From: Gekko japonicus
Lineage: Eukaryota
DNA: 64,000 nt
NCBI RefSeq assembly: GCF_001447785.1
Contig: NW_015161427.1
Location: 372,124 to 436,123 of the forward strand
Reading direction: 5' to 3'
Position numbers and translations under genes: made by a program. Below, in pieces: positions 1 to 10,871 of this stretch. The notes under the pieces were generated by a model. It ran no database searches. It worked only from the letters and a program-made list of their open reading frames with translations, and was not told the DNA's origin. The stretch's first letter is position 1. Every line of letters starts with the position of its first letter.

Positions 1-358
1 GGGGGGTGGGGAGCCGCTCGGGGAGGGCTCCAGGCGGGGACGGGGCTGCACAACCCGCCCGGCACTCTGGCAGGACGGCTCACCCCGGCCTGGAGGGGGC
101 TCAGGGGACTTTGGGGCCCCTCCCCACCCCCACCCCAGCAGAGACCCCTGGGCGCCCGCTTCCCTTCCCTTCCCGGAACGACACACGCTCTCAATTACGC
201 CAGTCTGAAGGGCAGGCGAAGAAAAGTCTGAAAGACCCCCCCCCCTCCCCCAGGGGCTGTCCTTAGGCCAGGCATCCCTCAAACGGGGGTGGGGGTGGGG
301 GTGGGACGGATTGGGCTCCCTTGGGCAAAAGGGCCGCTGCTCTCTCTCGCGTCGCCAG

Positions 359-512
359 GCAAACCCCTTCCGTCACCGGATCTGCCGCGTCTTCTCCACG
401 GCCCCAGACGGGGGAGACGGCCTGTCCTTCGAGGACTTCCTGGACGTGCTGAGCGTCTTCAGCGATGCGGCCACGCCGGAGATCAAGTCCCACTACGCCT
501 TCCGCATCTTTG
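359..512 (+). CDS. CIB1: CIB1 internal coding exon (equivalent to human exon 4); upstream exons lie outside the window
   Basis: gccag|GCAAAC...TTTG|gtgagt; ANPFRHRICRVFSTAPDGGDGLSFEDFLDVLSVFSDAATPEIKSHYAFRIF is recognisable calcium- and integrin-binding protein 1. Confidence 0.95.
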
Positions 513-1002
513 GTGAGTGGCGGCCTCTGAAGGAGCCCCCAAAGGCCTGGAGAGCCACCATGGTGGGGCGGTGGTTGCGTGTCAGGCCCCCCGTGGCCAG
601 TCCCCCACGAGTGTTCTCAGCCAGGTCTTGTGAGGCTGAAATTGGAGACGGGGATTTCGTGCACAGCTGAAGCTTCTTGGTCTAACCTAAGGGCTCCACT
701 GAACAAGCACCGGTGTGGCCGTGGCCCTGCTGGCATGAGCACGCTGAGTCCAGCTCCGTGCCCTTCCCTTATCGCGTGCTGAGCTGCGTCCCAGAAAGGG
801 AACAGGCCTCTGGACTCTGCACCCGACAACCTGAGCAGGGTGTTGGCTAAGGCCATGAGTCCAGTTAGGCCTCGAGGCAGAGCTGCCAAGAAGGGAGTTG
901 CGCCTCTGGGAAGATGCCGGTGCAGAAATCCCCCCCCCCCCGGGGGTGGGCTCTCCTGTAAGGGGCTGACTGAACTCCCCCTCCCTCCCTCCCTCCCTCC
1001 AG

Positions 1003-1121
1003 ATTTTGATGATGATGGGACTCTGGACAAGAAGGACCTGGAGAATCTGGTGAACTGCCTGACCGGGGAAGGAGAGGAAAGCCGGCTGAGCCCCGTGGAG
1101 ATGGAGCAGCTCATCCAGAAC
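1003..1121 (+). CDS. CIB1: CIB1 coding exon with EF-hand DFDDDGTLDKKD
   Basis: tccag|ATTTT...AAC|gtgagt, 119 nt, phase fits the previous exon. Confidence 0.95.
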
Positions 1122-1229
1122 GTGAGTGCCCTGGGGGGGGTGTGTGTGTGAGAGACCGTGCTTGTGCCGGTGGGGGGGGGCTCCCTCTGCTCCCACCCTC
1201 ACCCTCCACGGCCGCGTTGCTTCCCGCAG

Positions 1230-1318
1230 ATCCTGGAAGAGTCGGATATCGACAAGGACGGGACCATCAACCTCTCTGAGTTTCAGCACATCATTTCGCG
1301 CTCCCCTGACTTCCCGAG
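1230..1318 (+). CDS. CIB1: CIB1 coding exon with EF-hand DIDKDGTINLSE
   Basis: cgcag|ATCCTG...CCGAG|gtagct; ILEESDIDKDGTINLSEFQHIISRSPDFP. Confidence 0.95.
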
Positions 1319-1413
1319 GTAGCTCCTGCCGTTCTGCCCCTGGGGCTGGGTTGGAGGGTCTCCCCCCCGCTCCCCCCCAGCCTGAGCAGCTGTTGCCTCC
1401 CCTTCTCTTCCAG

Positions 1414-1435
1414 TTCCTTCAAAATTGTGCTGTGA
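1414..1435 (+). CDS. CIB1: CIB1 last coding exon (SFKIVL-stop)
   Basis: ttccag|T TCC TTC AAA ATT GTG CTG TGA; matches the CIB1 C-terminus. Confidence 0.93.
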
Positions 1436-1920
1436 GGCCCTGTGGTGGCTCCAGACGGCCCCTCCTCGCTTGCTCACTTCTCTCCGGCGTGACTCTTTTT
1501 GAGCCAAGCGGATGCTGGGGACGGTTCCAGCAGGACACATCCCTCCCCCGAGGCCCCCCCCAGGGCTTTTCTTTCCTCGTGTTCCGCCTGGGGGGGGGCC
1601 AGCAGCCCCGGGGCCTTCGTGCCTCAGTGTGTGTGTGGGGGGGCGTGTGTGCCTTGCTTTCCTGTCTCCTGGCCACGGCTGCTTGAATTTATAGTATCCT
1701 GGGGGCGGCTCCTCTCCAGGGTCGGTGGCCCTGGGGTTCTGTCCCCAGGGGCAAAGTCACTCTGTGCCTTGACCTCTGCTGTCCTCTCGGTGCTACCTCT
1801 GCTCTCCCCTTCCGCGGTGGGAGAATTTTGCACAAGCGGAGTCAGGCCTGCCCCTCTGCAGGGCCAGCACCGTGGGGGTTCTAGCCACCCTCTGTTTTTC
1901 GGGGCGGCGGCGGCAGGGAG

Positions 1921-1987
1921 CTCTGTTGCCTCTGCAACTTGTCTTTCAACCTCAGTTGCCTCTGCAACTTGTCTTTCAACCTCAGTT
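1921..1987. repeat. 30-bp tandem duplication (about 2.2 units) in the CIB1 3'UTR
   Basis: ctc(t/a)gttgcctctgcaacttgtctttcaac repeated at 1921, 1951 and partially at 1981. Confidence 0.9.
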
Positions 1988-2020
1988 ATATGGCCCTGTC
2001 TGGCCTTTGCCTGGAATACT

Positions 2021-2026
2021 AATAAA
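2021..2026 (+). terminator. Putative CIB1 polyadenylation signal AATAAA
   Basis: First AATAAA seen downstream of the CIB1 stop, followed by GT-rich sequence at about 2064-2072. Confidence 0.7.
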
Positions 2027-2060
2027 GCTCAGGAGCTCAACCTGTGGAGTCCAGAGGCAT

Positions 2061-2066
2061 TTTATT
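2061..2066 (-). terminator. Putative SEMA4B polyadenylation signal AATAAA
   Basis: tttatt on the + strand, about 950 nt downstream of the SEMA4B stop. Confidence 0.65.
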
Positions 2067-3008
2067 GTGTGTCCTCCCCTTTGCAGCCAACCCAGCAGCT
2101 GGACTGGAGGGAGCCTGGCTTTAGGCCTCTTGATAACTGGGAAGGGGCAGGGCTGGAAATGCCACTTCCTTTTCTGGCCATGCTGAAAATAGTCCTGGCT
2201 GTCCTGGGGAGGGGGGCCCCCTGCAACTGAGGGTGCTTGTGGCAGAGCGTGACATTGGAAAGGAGGGAAGGCAGACGTGTCTAGTCCCGTCTGCACACCC
2301 CTTGGCAAAGGAGCCGGGTGCTGCTGGGCCAGAACAGAAGCCGATCCAACGCCAAAGAAAACAGGTTCACTTTATGTAAACACACACACGCAACAAGGGA
2401 AACCTCTTGTGCAAGAAGACGGGGAAAGGGGTACAACTGTGCAACCCTAGAGTGGCTCCAGCCCGGAAGAATTCACATTTTGAGACACTCACGCAACACG
2501 GCATGTCAAAGAGAGACACGTGCGGCATTCGACAGTACTAGACACGCTTCCCCCACCCCACAAAGAAACACACGTTCCTCTCCTATGACAGAGGGGCAAA
2601 ATGCCCTGTCTCCCCCCCCCCCACCCCCACTGCTACAGCATCTGCTCCTCTCTCTCTCTCCCACTGCCCTTTGCAGGCTGGAACTGGACAGAGCCCCCCC
2701 CCTCTCTCTCCTCCTGGGAAGTGCAGGAGCCAGGCCGGGCCTTCCCTCCTGTCCCTGCAGCTCCAGGGCCTGGTTACAAAGTCTTCCGGGCTGGATGTGC
2801 AGCCCCAGCTACCTCCCTCAGCAAAGGCTCACTGGTACCCAGCAGGCTGTGCGGCAGCAGTAGCGAAATCTGCGGTCCAGCAGTCTGGCGGCACAGCCCA
2901 CGGCTTGTTCTAGTGCTGGGCTCAGTCCAGAGAGGGAGGGCGGCACTAGACACCCCCCCGCCCCTCCCCCACTGCAGGCTCTGTTGGCGTTGGCTAAGAG
3001 TGGCTCGC

Positions 3009-3781
3009 TCACACCACCGAGTCCCGGATCTCGGAGCCGAGGCGCACGCGGAGGCGCTGCGAAGGGACCAGCATCTCCACGAAGCTCTCGCGCACGCTCA
3101 GCGGCTGCTGGGCAGGCTCCAGGAAGGCTGTGCCGGGAGGGGCCGCGGCCTCCCGCAGGGGTGTGCTCGCCACGTGCCTGTCGTCCAGCGTCTGGTAGCC
3201 CTTGTGGTCGGGCAGGGCGCTGGGCGCGCTGGCCCCGTTGAGGGGCAGGCTCTCTGCGGGCAGCCCCGCCTTGCGCAGTTTCTTGGCCTGGGCGTCGGTG
3301 CACCGGCCCTGCTCGAGGAAGGCCTTCATGGCCCTCTGGTGCCGGCGCAGGAGGAAGAGGGTCAGGAGCGTCACCGTCAGGCCGAAGAGCACGCACATCA
3401 CCAGGAACTCGGTCCAGTAGGTCTTGCCCTCCAGCAGGGCCGCGATGCCCCCCGCCAACACGGGGGAGGTGCTCCGGGAGGTGCTGATGGTCTCCCGGGG
3501 GTCCTGGAGGGGCACGAGCCAGCCCGGCGCCTCCGGCTCGACCCGCACGCAGTAGTTGGCCATCAGCTGGTGGAAGCCGCCCTCCTGGGACCAGCACTCG
3601 TAGTGCCCGGCCCGGTCGGGGCTGCCCACCAGCACCAGCTCGCCCTCGGGCAGCACCAGGAAGGAGGCGTTAAGGGCCACCCCCTCCTTCACCCACTGGC
3701 GGGAGGCCAGGTTGGAGAGGCGCGGGCAGGGGAGTGGCTTCACGGCGTTGGCGGCCAGCCACACCGGCTGGCACTTGGCGG
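3009..3781 (-). CDS. SEMA4B: SEMA4B last coding exon (Ig-like domain, transmembrane helix, cytoplasmic tail)
   Basis: Acceptor cctcag|; contains GHYECWSQE, TM segment EFLVMCVLFGLTVTLLTLFLL and C-terminal RVRLGSEIRDSVV PDZ-binding motif characteristic of SEMA4B. Confidence 0.96.
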
Positions 3782-3855
3782 CTGAGGAGGAGGAGAGAAA
3801 GACCTCCCCCCCCCAGCCCAAAGGTAGTTGCCCCCCCCACCTGTTGGTTCCGTAC

Positions 3856-3935
3856 CTGTCGAGTGGGTGAGCTCCACACTGCTGGGCTGGCACAGCTGCA
3901 TCACGGCAGCGGTCTGGATGTCCTGGGCCCAGGAC
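3856..3935 (-). CDS. SEMA4B: SEMA4B coding exon 13
   Basis: ccccag|G TCC TGG GCC CAG GAC ATC...ACA G|gtacgg; SWAQDIQTAAVMQLC; phases fit both neighbours. Confidence 0.9.
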
Positions 3936-4068
3936 CTGGGGGTGGAGAGAGGGAAAGCTGGCTGAGGCAGGGGTGAGGGCACAAACGGCACCACCGGAGG
4001 CAGCAGCGCTTGAAGGATGGGGGGGGGGGGGGGGGGGGGGAACCCCGGGCCAAGGAGAGCACACTCAC

Positions 4069-4232
4069 GCTGTGGGCTGCTGGTGGTAGAGGGCCACAGG
4101 CCGGCAGGCTTCTCCACTCCAGGCACAGTAGGGGTCCCGAGCCAGGATACACTCCCCGCAGCTCCGGTACAGGCTGCAGTTGGCGACCGGCAGCTGCGCC
4201 AGCATGGAGTAGGAGGCAGCGTAGAGCAGGCC
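4069..4232 (-). CDS. SEMA4B: SEMA4B coding exon 12 (PSI domain)
   Basis: GLLYAASYS...[21 protein letters not shown]; ttacag| and |gtgagt. Confidence 0.95.
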
Positions 4233-4531
4233 CTGTAAAGGGGGGGAGGAGGGGAGGGGCTGAGCGGGACAGGCTCCTGGAGGGCGGGGGCCCCGGGGCA
4301 CTGCTGCTGCCACCGCCCCCCTTGAGCTTTGGCAGCTGTGCCTGTGTGTCTCGGCTCGCTCTCCTGCCGGGGGGGGGGGGGGGGCCAAGAGAAGCCCCCC
4401 AGTGGAGGCCCGGCCTCCAAAGCCGTGCCGGTGAGTCCCGCAGGGAGGCAAGCCCTTCGCGGTGGCACAGCCTGGGCTGGCTTGCCCTCCGGCAGGGGCC
4501 CATGTTGGCCTGCCCCGCCCTTCCGCCTTGC

Positions 4532-4647
4532 CTGGGTGGGGTCCAGCAGCAGCTTGAGGACGGGCTGCCCTGCAGGGAAGAGCTGGACCTCCTCGATGAT
4601 GTGCACCCCCTGGCCCGTGACCACCGCCTTGTGGAGCCGTCCGTCAC
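4532..4647 (-). CDS. SEMA4B: SEMA4B coding exon 11 (GC donor)
   Basis: [38 protein letters not shown]; ctgcag| acceptor, CAG|gcaagg donor. Confidence 0.9.
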
Positions 4648-5926
4648 CTGCAGAAAGGCACAAGGGCAGCTGCTGAAGGGCCGGCTCCTGCGCGTGCCTC
4701 TGGCCCAGCCGTCTCCCAGCCCGTCCCCTCTGCCCGGGGCTCTTCCCCGGTCTGAAGCCAGGCGGCGAGGCAAGCTCCACGAAGGCCCACCTGCTCTTGC
4801 ACCAGCCCAGACGGGGGCATGGCCCCGCTTCTCAATGGAAGAGGGCCCTTTGCTGCAAAGGCTGCTCTTTTTGTCTCATGCGTGTTCTGCTCGCAGCCAG
4901 CTCCCATTTCTTAAGCCTCCCCGGAATCCGGCCCCAGGGTTCTTGGCCTCCCACTTTGTCGCCACGGTAACTGGCCTGCGGGAACTCACTGAACTTCATG
5001 GCTGGGGGTGGGCTTGAAGTGGGACCTCCCCCGCCCCAGATCTGACACGGGCAGCTCCGTGGCTCTCAGCACAGCCTCCTCCGCCTGCCAGCAGCACGGT
5101 ACACCGTGTGCACACACCCCCACCCCACCCCGGGATCTGCTCTCAGGAGCAAACGGGGAGGGGGGAAGGAACGGAGCCAACACGTTTATCCTCTGCAACA
5201 GCATGCCCATCTATCAGAAGGAACGTCTTCCGAGGGACCAGCACACACACACCCCTGCAATGTTCTTCCACTTCCTGACAGTAACAAGAGGGAAGCAGCG
5301 TACGACAAACTAAAATGCCCCCTGACAGCAGGCAAGCCTTCCTGCCTTCCCCCAACAACTCTCGCCACAATGCAGAAGAGCGACATTCTGAAAAGGATGA
5401 GGCCGGCGGGCCACCCCTTAGGCAAGTCAAAGCAAATCGGCATCTCAGGTGGACCAGAAACTGAGCGCCGCGTGCTTCTGACTCACTGAGCGTGCCCAGG
5501 CCTGCTCCTGCGTGGGTGCAGAGAGCGGGCCGGGCACAACTCAACCAGGTGAAAGAGACAAAGACGGCGAGGAGGAGGCAGCGCCCCCCCCCCACCACCT
5601 TCACCAGCAAGGCTCTCTTCTCCCCTCCCCTCCCCCATTTTTGGGTTCAGATCTGCTGGCAACTCCCCACTGGTCCCAATGAAACGGGATGTTTTGCCAG
5701 GCCTCCCAAGAGCAAGTAGGTGAAAGGCAAGGAGACAGACGGGCACTGGAACAAAACAAACCCCTTCCACATATTGCTGATGAGGTCTGAACTGGTCGAG
5801 ACACCAAAACGGAAAGAGCTATTGGGGCCACAGGGGAAAGCTCAGTGAAAACGTCAACTCAGTAAGCAGGCGACGGTGAGAAAGGCCAACTCCATGCTGG
5901 GAACTATTAGGAAAGGGACTGAAAAC

Positions 5927-6102
5927 CAAGCCTCCCTCTAAGCTGTGGAGTCTTGTGAGTAAAACTTTCTACTTTGTGAGCTACTGGCATTAAAGTTGGG
6001 AGCGAGGAGCCCTCCTCCCTGAGCTGAGACAAAAATGTGTGAGCCAGAGGCTAAAAAAAACCGTGAGCCAACTCACACTAACTCAGCTTAGAGGGGACAC
6101 TG
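5927..6102. mobile_element. hAT-type MITE copy, internally deleted, with perfect 8-bp TSD ctgaaaac
   Basis: TIRs ...ccctctaagctg / cagcttagagggg; TSD at 5919-5926 and 6103-6110. Confidence 0.9.
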
Positions 6103-6547
6103 CTGAAAACAGAACGGCCAATACTGGAAGGCCCTCGTGACGTCTAGAGCTCCGGGGCAGCCTCCGGAAGAATGCCGTGTGCCGTTCTCATCCCCATATC
6201 TCGAAAAGGACATTGCAGTGCTGGAGAAAGCACAGAAGAGTGCGCGACCAAGATGATGAGGCAGTTGGAGCACCCTCCCCATCAGGAGAGGCTGAAGAAG
6301 GCCCTGGGAGTCTGCAGGTCAGGAAAAAGATGACCAAGGAGGGGGGGGGGACGGGACATGGCAGAGGTTTCATCAAGTATGAAGCATGAGCTGGAGAGAG
6401 TGGGCAAGGAGGACTCCCCTCCCCCCCATAACTCTATAGATCTTGAGGGCACCCAGTGGGTGGGGTACCAGGTTCAACGCAGACAAAAGGGGAAATGCTT
6501 CTTTACCCAAAGAGTCATGAAACTGGGGGGGGGGGGGGGTCCCACGG

Positions 6548-6753
6548 CAATGTTCCCTCTAAGCTGTGGAGCCCTGTGAGCCAAAATCCTACTTCGTGAG
6601 CTACTGGCATTAAAGTTGTGAGCAAGCGATTGGGCTACTGCATAAATTAGTCAGCTCTGGAGCCCTCCTTCCCGAGCTAAGACAAAAATGTGTGAGCTGT
6701 GGGCTAAAAACCTGTGAGCTAGCTCACACTCACTCAGCTTAGAGGGAACACTG
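6548..6753. mobile_element. hAT-type MITE copy (206 bp)
   Basis: caatgttccctctaagctg...cagcttagagggaacactg; flanks tcccacgg / gtccacgg. Confidence 0.9.
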
Positions 6754-7164
6754 GTCCACGGCCAGTGGAGGTAATGACGGCCATTAGCACAGGGGGCTTT
6801 TGAAGGGGTCAAGGCCGATTCATGGAGGAGGGGGAGGCCCCTCGGTGGCTCCTTCACCAGGGCGACTAAAGAGAACCTCCATATCCAGAGGCAGTCAACC
6901 TCTGAAACTGAGTGTCAGGAGGCCGAATCAGGGGAAGGCCTCGGACTCTATAGCCTGTTTGCTTGGCCCCCCAGGGCAACTGGCTGGCTGCCGTATTAAA
7001 CAGGGTGCTGGCCTAGATGGACCTTCACTGGCCTGATTCTGCCGGCTCGCCCGATTTCTAAGCAGCAGCAGCAAACCCACCCTTCTCTGTTGTCTCATCA
7101 GTCTGACCAGCATTTGCGTCTTTTTACTTCTGCCGCGATCCGGGGCTAAATTTCCGTCAATGAA

Positions 7165-7375
7165 GAAGAGTTGGTTTCACATTGTTCTTCACTACCCGAA
7201 GGAGTCCCTGAGCGGCTTACAATCTCCTTCCCTTCCTCTCCCCACAACGACAGCCTGTGAGGTAGGCGGGGCCGAGAGAGCTCTGAGAGAGCGGCCCTTG
7301 ATTGAGAGAGCCCAGCTGGCTGCATGTGGAGGACGAGGGGGGAATCAAACCTGGTTTTCCAGAATAGAGTCTGCT
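7165..7375 (-). mobile_element. tRNA-derived L2-tailed SINE (Squam3-like), degenerate
   Basis: Similar to the other SINE copies in the window. Confidence 0.75.
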
Positions 7376-7524
7376 GTTCTTGAAGGGCTATTGGGAAGAA
7401 AGGGACTGTGCAGCCTCACGAGGACCAGGGGGGGGGAAGTGCCCGGGCGAAGAAGCCTGGAGAGCCACACGCAGAGGGCTTTACACTGTGGGCGAGACGA
7501 GCCCAGGCCCAAGGCGAAGTGCTA

Positions 7525-7805
7525 CAGAAGGATTCATACCCCATGGCCCTTCACTACCCGAAGGAGGGGTCTCAGAGCAGCCTACAAACTCCTTTCCCTT
7601 CCCCTCCCCTCCCCACAACAGGCGCCCTGTGAGGTAGGCGGGGCTGAGAGAGCTCAGACAGAACTTGCTCTTTTTCAAGGACAGCTGTGCCAGAACTAGG
7701 GCTTGCCCAAGGTCATCCAGCCAGGTGCAAGTGGAGGAGGAGTGGGGAATCGAACCCGGTTCTCCCAGATTAGAGTCCGCGCACTTAACCACGACACCAA
7801 ACTGA
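7525..7805 (-). mobile_element. tRNA-derived L2-tailed SINE (Squam3-like)
   Basis: A box tggtgtcgtggttaag, B box ggttcgattccc, L2-like tail. Confidence 0.85.
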
Positions 7806-7880
7806 CTCACAAAAATGTGTGAGCTGGAGGCTAAAAAACTGCGAGCTAGTGGACACGAACCCATCTTAGAGGGAACACCG
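7806..7880. mobile_element. hAT-type MITE partial copy
   Basis: One TIR plus about 55 bp of internal family sequence. Confidence 0.75.
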
Positions 7881-9236
7881 GCCTACTCTGCAACAGAACT
7901 AGCCGGGAAGGCACCAGAACATGATCATTGCTGCTTTCAGCGTCTACGCCCTGATACTCAGTGCACAGGCCATGAACGAGATGACAAAGAACCCCCTCGG
8001 CTGAGAAGGAAGGTCAGTGCTGCCTTGGTGGGACGGCTGCCATGACCGGGACACAGCAATCAACGGAGGTGCCTTGTTCAAGAGGACTAGACACAGCAGG
8101 TGAGGAGGAGAAACAGGAAGGTTAAGTCCACCAAATGTGCTTGCAGCCCCACAGAAACCGAAGAAGGTGGAGAGGGTAGCCCTATTAGCCGCCTCTGGGT
8201 AAAACTAAATAGAGGAAGGAATTTCAAAAAACACCATCGTGGTTGGGGTTCATTAAAGGCCAATGCTTTCCAGAAACGAATGGCCACTGTTCTAAGGAAG
8301 CCGGCAACGATGGGCCACAATCGGCACACGTAAGGCTGGCCACATCCCTCATCCCACGGAAAGCTAAAGGCGAGCACAGTCAAAGAAGTTCCTCCACCTT
8401 TACAAAAGCTGGTTTTGAGAAACCCAAAAGATTTCATAACTAAACTATTTCTTAGAAAAAGGAATCCAAGACGGGTGCGACTTCCTGAGAAAGGAGTGGC
8501 TAAAGGCACCGCTGCAAACATTGTGGGTGGCAGAAAGGAAAAGGGAGAGATGCCCCGAGAGAGAAGCCCTGCTGGTTCAGATGGTGAGTGGGCTGGCCTC
8601 CACGAGGGACTTTTGGTCAGCAACGCCGGCCAGCACCCGGCCGGCTCCAGAACAGCCCCCTCAGAAGCCCACCCTTTCCCGTTACGGTTTGACCCAAAAC
8701 CCAACAGGGCATCGGACGGAATCGAGGCACAGGGAGAAAAGGACCAGCTAACCTGACCGGCCACCAGAACGAGAGAGCGGAGCCACCCGGCAGTGAAGAC
8801 TGAGCCCCCCCCACCCCCAGGACACATGGAGCTGCTGCCTCCGTGCAGGCCAGGCCTCGGCACCATCCAGCCCAGCATCCGGCATCTCAGGCAGCACATG
8901 GGCTTGGCCAACAGCGCCGCTAACTAGAGATGCCCAAGACTGAACCTGGGGCCTTGTGCCTATGGAACAGATGCTCGGCCGCTGCACAGGGACTCCTCTC
9001 CAAACGTCTCCCTGCAGCCCACCTCCCGTGGGGAAGAGCTCCCCAGGGCAGGGGCCACGTCCAGAGAAGTCCTGGCCCTGGCAGCCAGTTCTCCTAAGAC
9101 TGGTGCGACGGATTTCTGTGGCCACTTCAGAGGCAAGACCGGCGACGGGGTCTGCTCATTCCCACCCCTCGCGCAGACCCCTCGTCCCTCCCTCCCTCCC
9201 TCCCTCAAGGGCCTTTCCCCTGCTCCGGCTGCCCAC

Positions 9237-9447
9237 CTGCCCCCAGGAAGAGGACATCGTAGACGTGGCGCAGGCCCTGGACGCGCTGCACGCTGATCTG
9301 CTGGTAGCGAGCCCGGCTCTGCAGCAGGAGCGGCTGGCTGCGTACGGCACTGTCCATCAGGAAGTGGTCCTTCAGGTAGTTGAGCACCCGGTCAGGCATC
9401 TGGAGCGAAGAGGTGATCTTCATGTAGCGCGCGTGGCTGGTGATGCA
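9237..9447 (-). CDS. SEMA4B: SEMA4B coding exon 10
   Basis: CITSHARYMKITSSLQMPDRVLNYLKDHFLMD...VLFLGA; ctccag| and |gtgggc. Confidence 0.95.
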
Positions 9448-9508
9448 CTGGAGGAGGAGGACAGAGAGGACTGGACCAGCGGCCACTCGGGGCCAGCCGT
9501 CTCCTCTC

Positions 9509-9690
9509 GTAAGAACACGAGAGAAGCCAATGCTGGATCAGGCCAGTGGCCCATCCAGCCCAACACTCTGTGTCTCACTCTGGCCAAAACCCAGGTGCAA
9601 TCAGGAGGCCCAGCAGCGGGGCCAGAACTCCAGAAGCCCCCCCACTATGGCCCCCTCCACAAGCAGCAAGAATACAAAGCACCCAGCTCT
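9509..9690 (-). mobile_element. CR1 3'UTR fragment of the same family as the 20.9-23.3 kb copy
   Basis: taagaacacgagagaagccaatgctggatcaggccagtggcccatcc is close to the reverse complement of the CR1 3' end. Confidence 0.85.
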
Positions 9691-9730
9691 CCCAGGTCTC
9701 CCGCATCCACGCAACCACCCAATGGCACTA

Positions 9731-9881
9731 GTCTCCCGGCCGGGGCTCTGGCACAGGATGGGTGTCTGTGTACCACTGCTGCGTCTCTCGGTTGATTTCC
9801 TTGTACAGGCCGTTGAAGGCTTCCTTGACGTCAGACATGGAGAAGGCACAGACTGCTGTGCCCACACTGCCCTTCCTATCC
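9731..9881 (-). CDS. SEMA4B: SEMA4B coding exon 9 (donor site abnormal, see findings)
   Basis: gtcag|G GAT AGG...AVCAFSMSDVKEAFNGLYKEINRETQQWYTDTHPVPEPRPGD; followed by TAGTGCC instead of GT. Confidence 0.88.
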
Positions 9882-10112
9882 CTGACAGCGAGGAACAGAG
9901 TGGGCAGTCAGCAAAGCAAGAGGAAAGCATGGGCCCGAATCTCCCCTTTGCTGACACCCACAAGCTGGGAACCAACGATGCCATGGAGCCGTTGCCCTGA
10001 TAGGCCCATAATGCCTGCATGGCTTGGTCTCTTCCCACACCCCAGAGGCGGCTCTCCCTGGCCCCCGTTCCTGCTGGAGTGGCCGTGGCCACCCCCGGCT
10101 CCTGCAGCTCAC

Positions 10113-10291
10113 CACTGAGAGGAGAAGACCCCGTAGAAGACCGTCTCCGTCCAGCGCTCTCCGGGCGTCAGCGTGAATATGTCCTGCAGCACGTTGAAGG
10201 GGAAGCCGTCTCCGGCGCGGGAGCACAGCAGCTGGGCCTTCAGGAAGGTCGTCCAGCGTCTCTGGAGCACACGTTCTCCCCCCACATCTCC
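10113..10291 (-). CDS. SEMA4B: SEMA4B coding exon 8
   Basis: [24 protein letters not shown]...FYGVFSSQW, a sema-domain signature; canonical splice sites. Confidence 0.96.
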
Positions 10292-10871
10292 CTGGCAGGA
10301 AGGAGGGCAGAGCAGAAACAGCCCGCAGTCAGGGCAGAAGAACCAGCGTTTCGGATGACTGTAGATGACTGGGAACGACCGGGCCCCGGAGGGACTTTGA
10401 CAAAAAGCTCTTCCCACCTCTTAATTCAGCAACAAAGGGCATCTTTTTACAGACTTCGACCTAGTCTGGGGGCCACAGTTCAGTCGGGCTCCAAAGCTTT
10501 AGCAACAAGCTCAGAGGGTTCTTCTTTAGCGAACGGCCTTGGCTAGACCTGTCCAGCATGAACCCCTTCTGAAGGCAACTGAACTTGGGGCCACGGCTAC
10601 ATCCTCCAGCAGCGAATCCCACTTTGAGCGAAGGTCGTCTTCTGACCCTCAACGTCTCTGGACAGCTGCCAGTTTGACTTTTAGGGGAGAGGGAGAAAAA
10701 GTCCTCACTATCCACCATCTCCACACTGTGCGTAGTTTTATGCACACTTCTATTATATTCCCGCTCCTTGATTGGGTCTTTTTTTGGAAGTGAAATGCCC
10801 GATTCTGGGCCTTTCCTTACAAGGAAGGCGCTCCAATCCCGTGATCGTCATGACCGGCATCTCTGCTGCAC

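Larger units (their letters stand above)
5840..7050 (+). mobile_element. Old degenerate CR1 3' fragment interrupted by two MITEs
   Basis: Resembles the 22500-23290 CR1 region (aaggccaactccatgctgggaactattaggaaaggg; ttctttacccaaagagt) with many indels. Confidence 0.8.

Noticed and set aside
1921-1987. CRISPR-like repeat
   Set aside because: Simple 30-bp tandem duplication without spacers in a vertebrate 3'UTR
2601-3785. 394-aa + strand ORF and other long ORFs over SEMA4B
   Set aside because: Antisense or alternative frames of GC-rich exons; low-complexity translations
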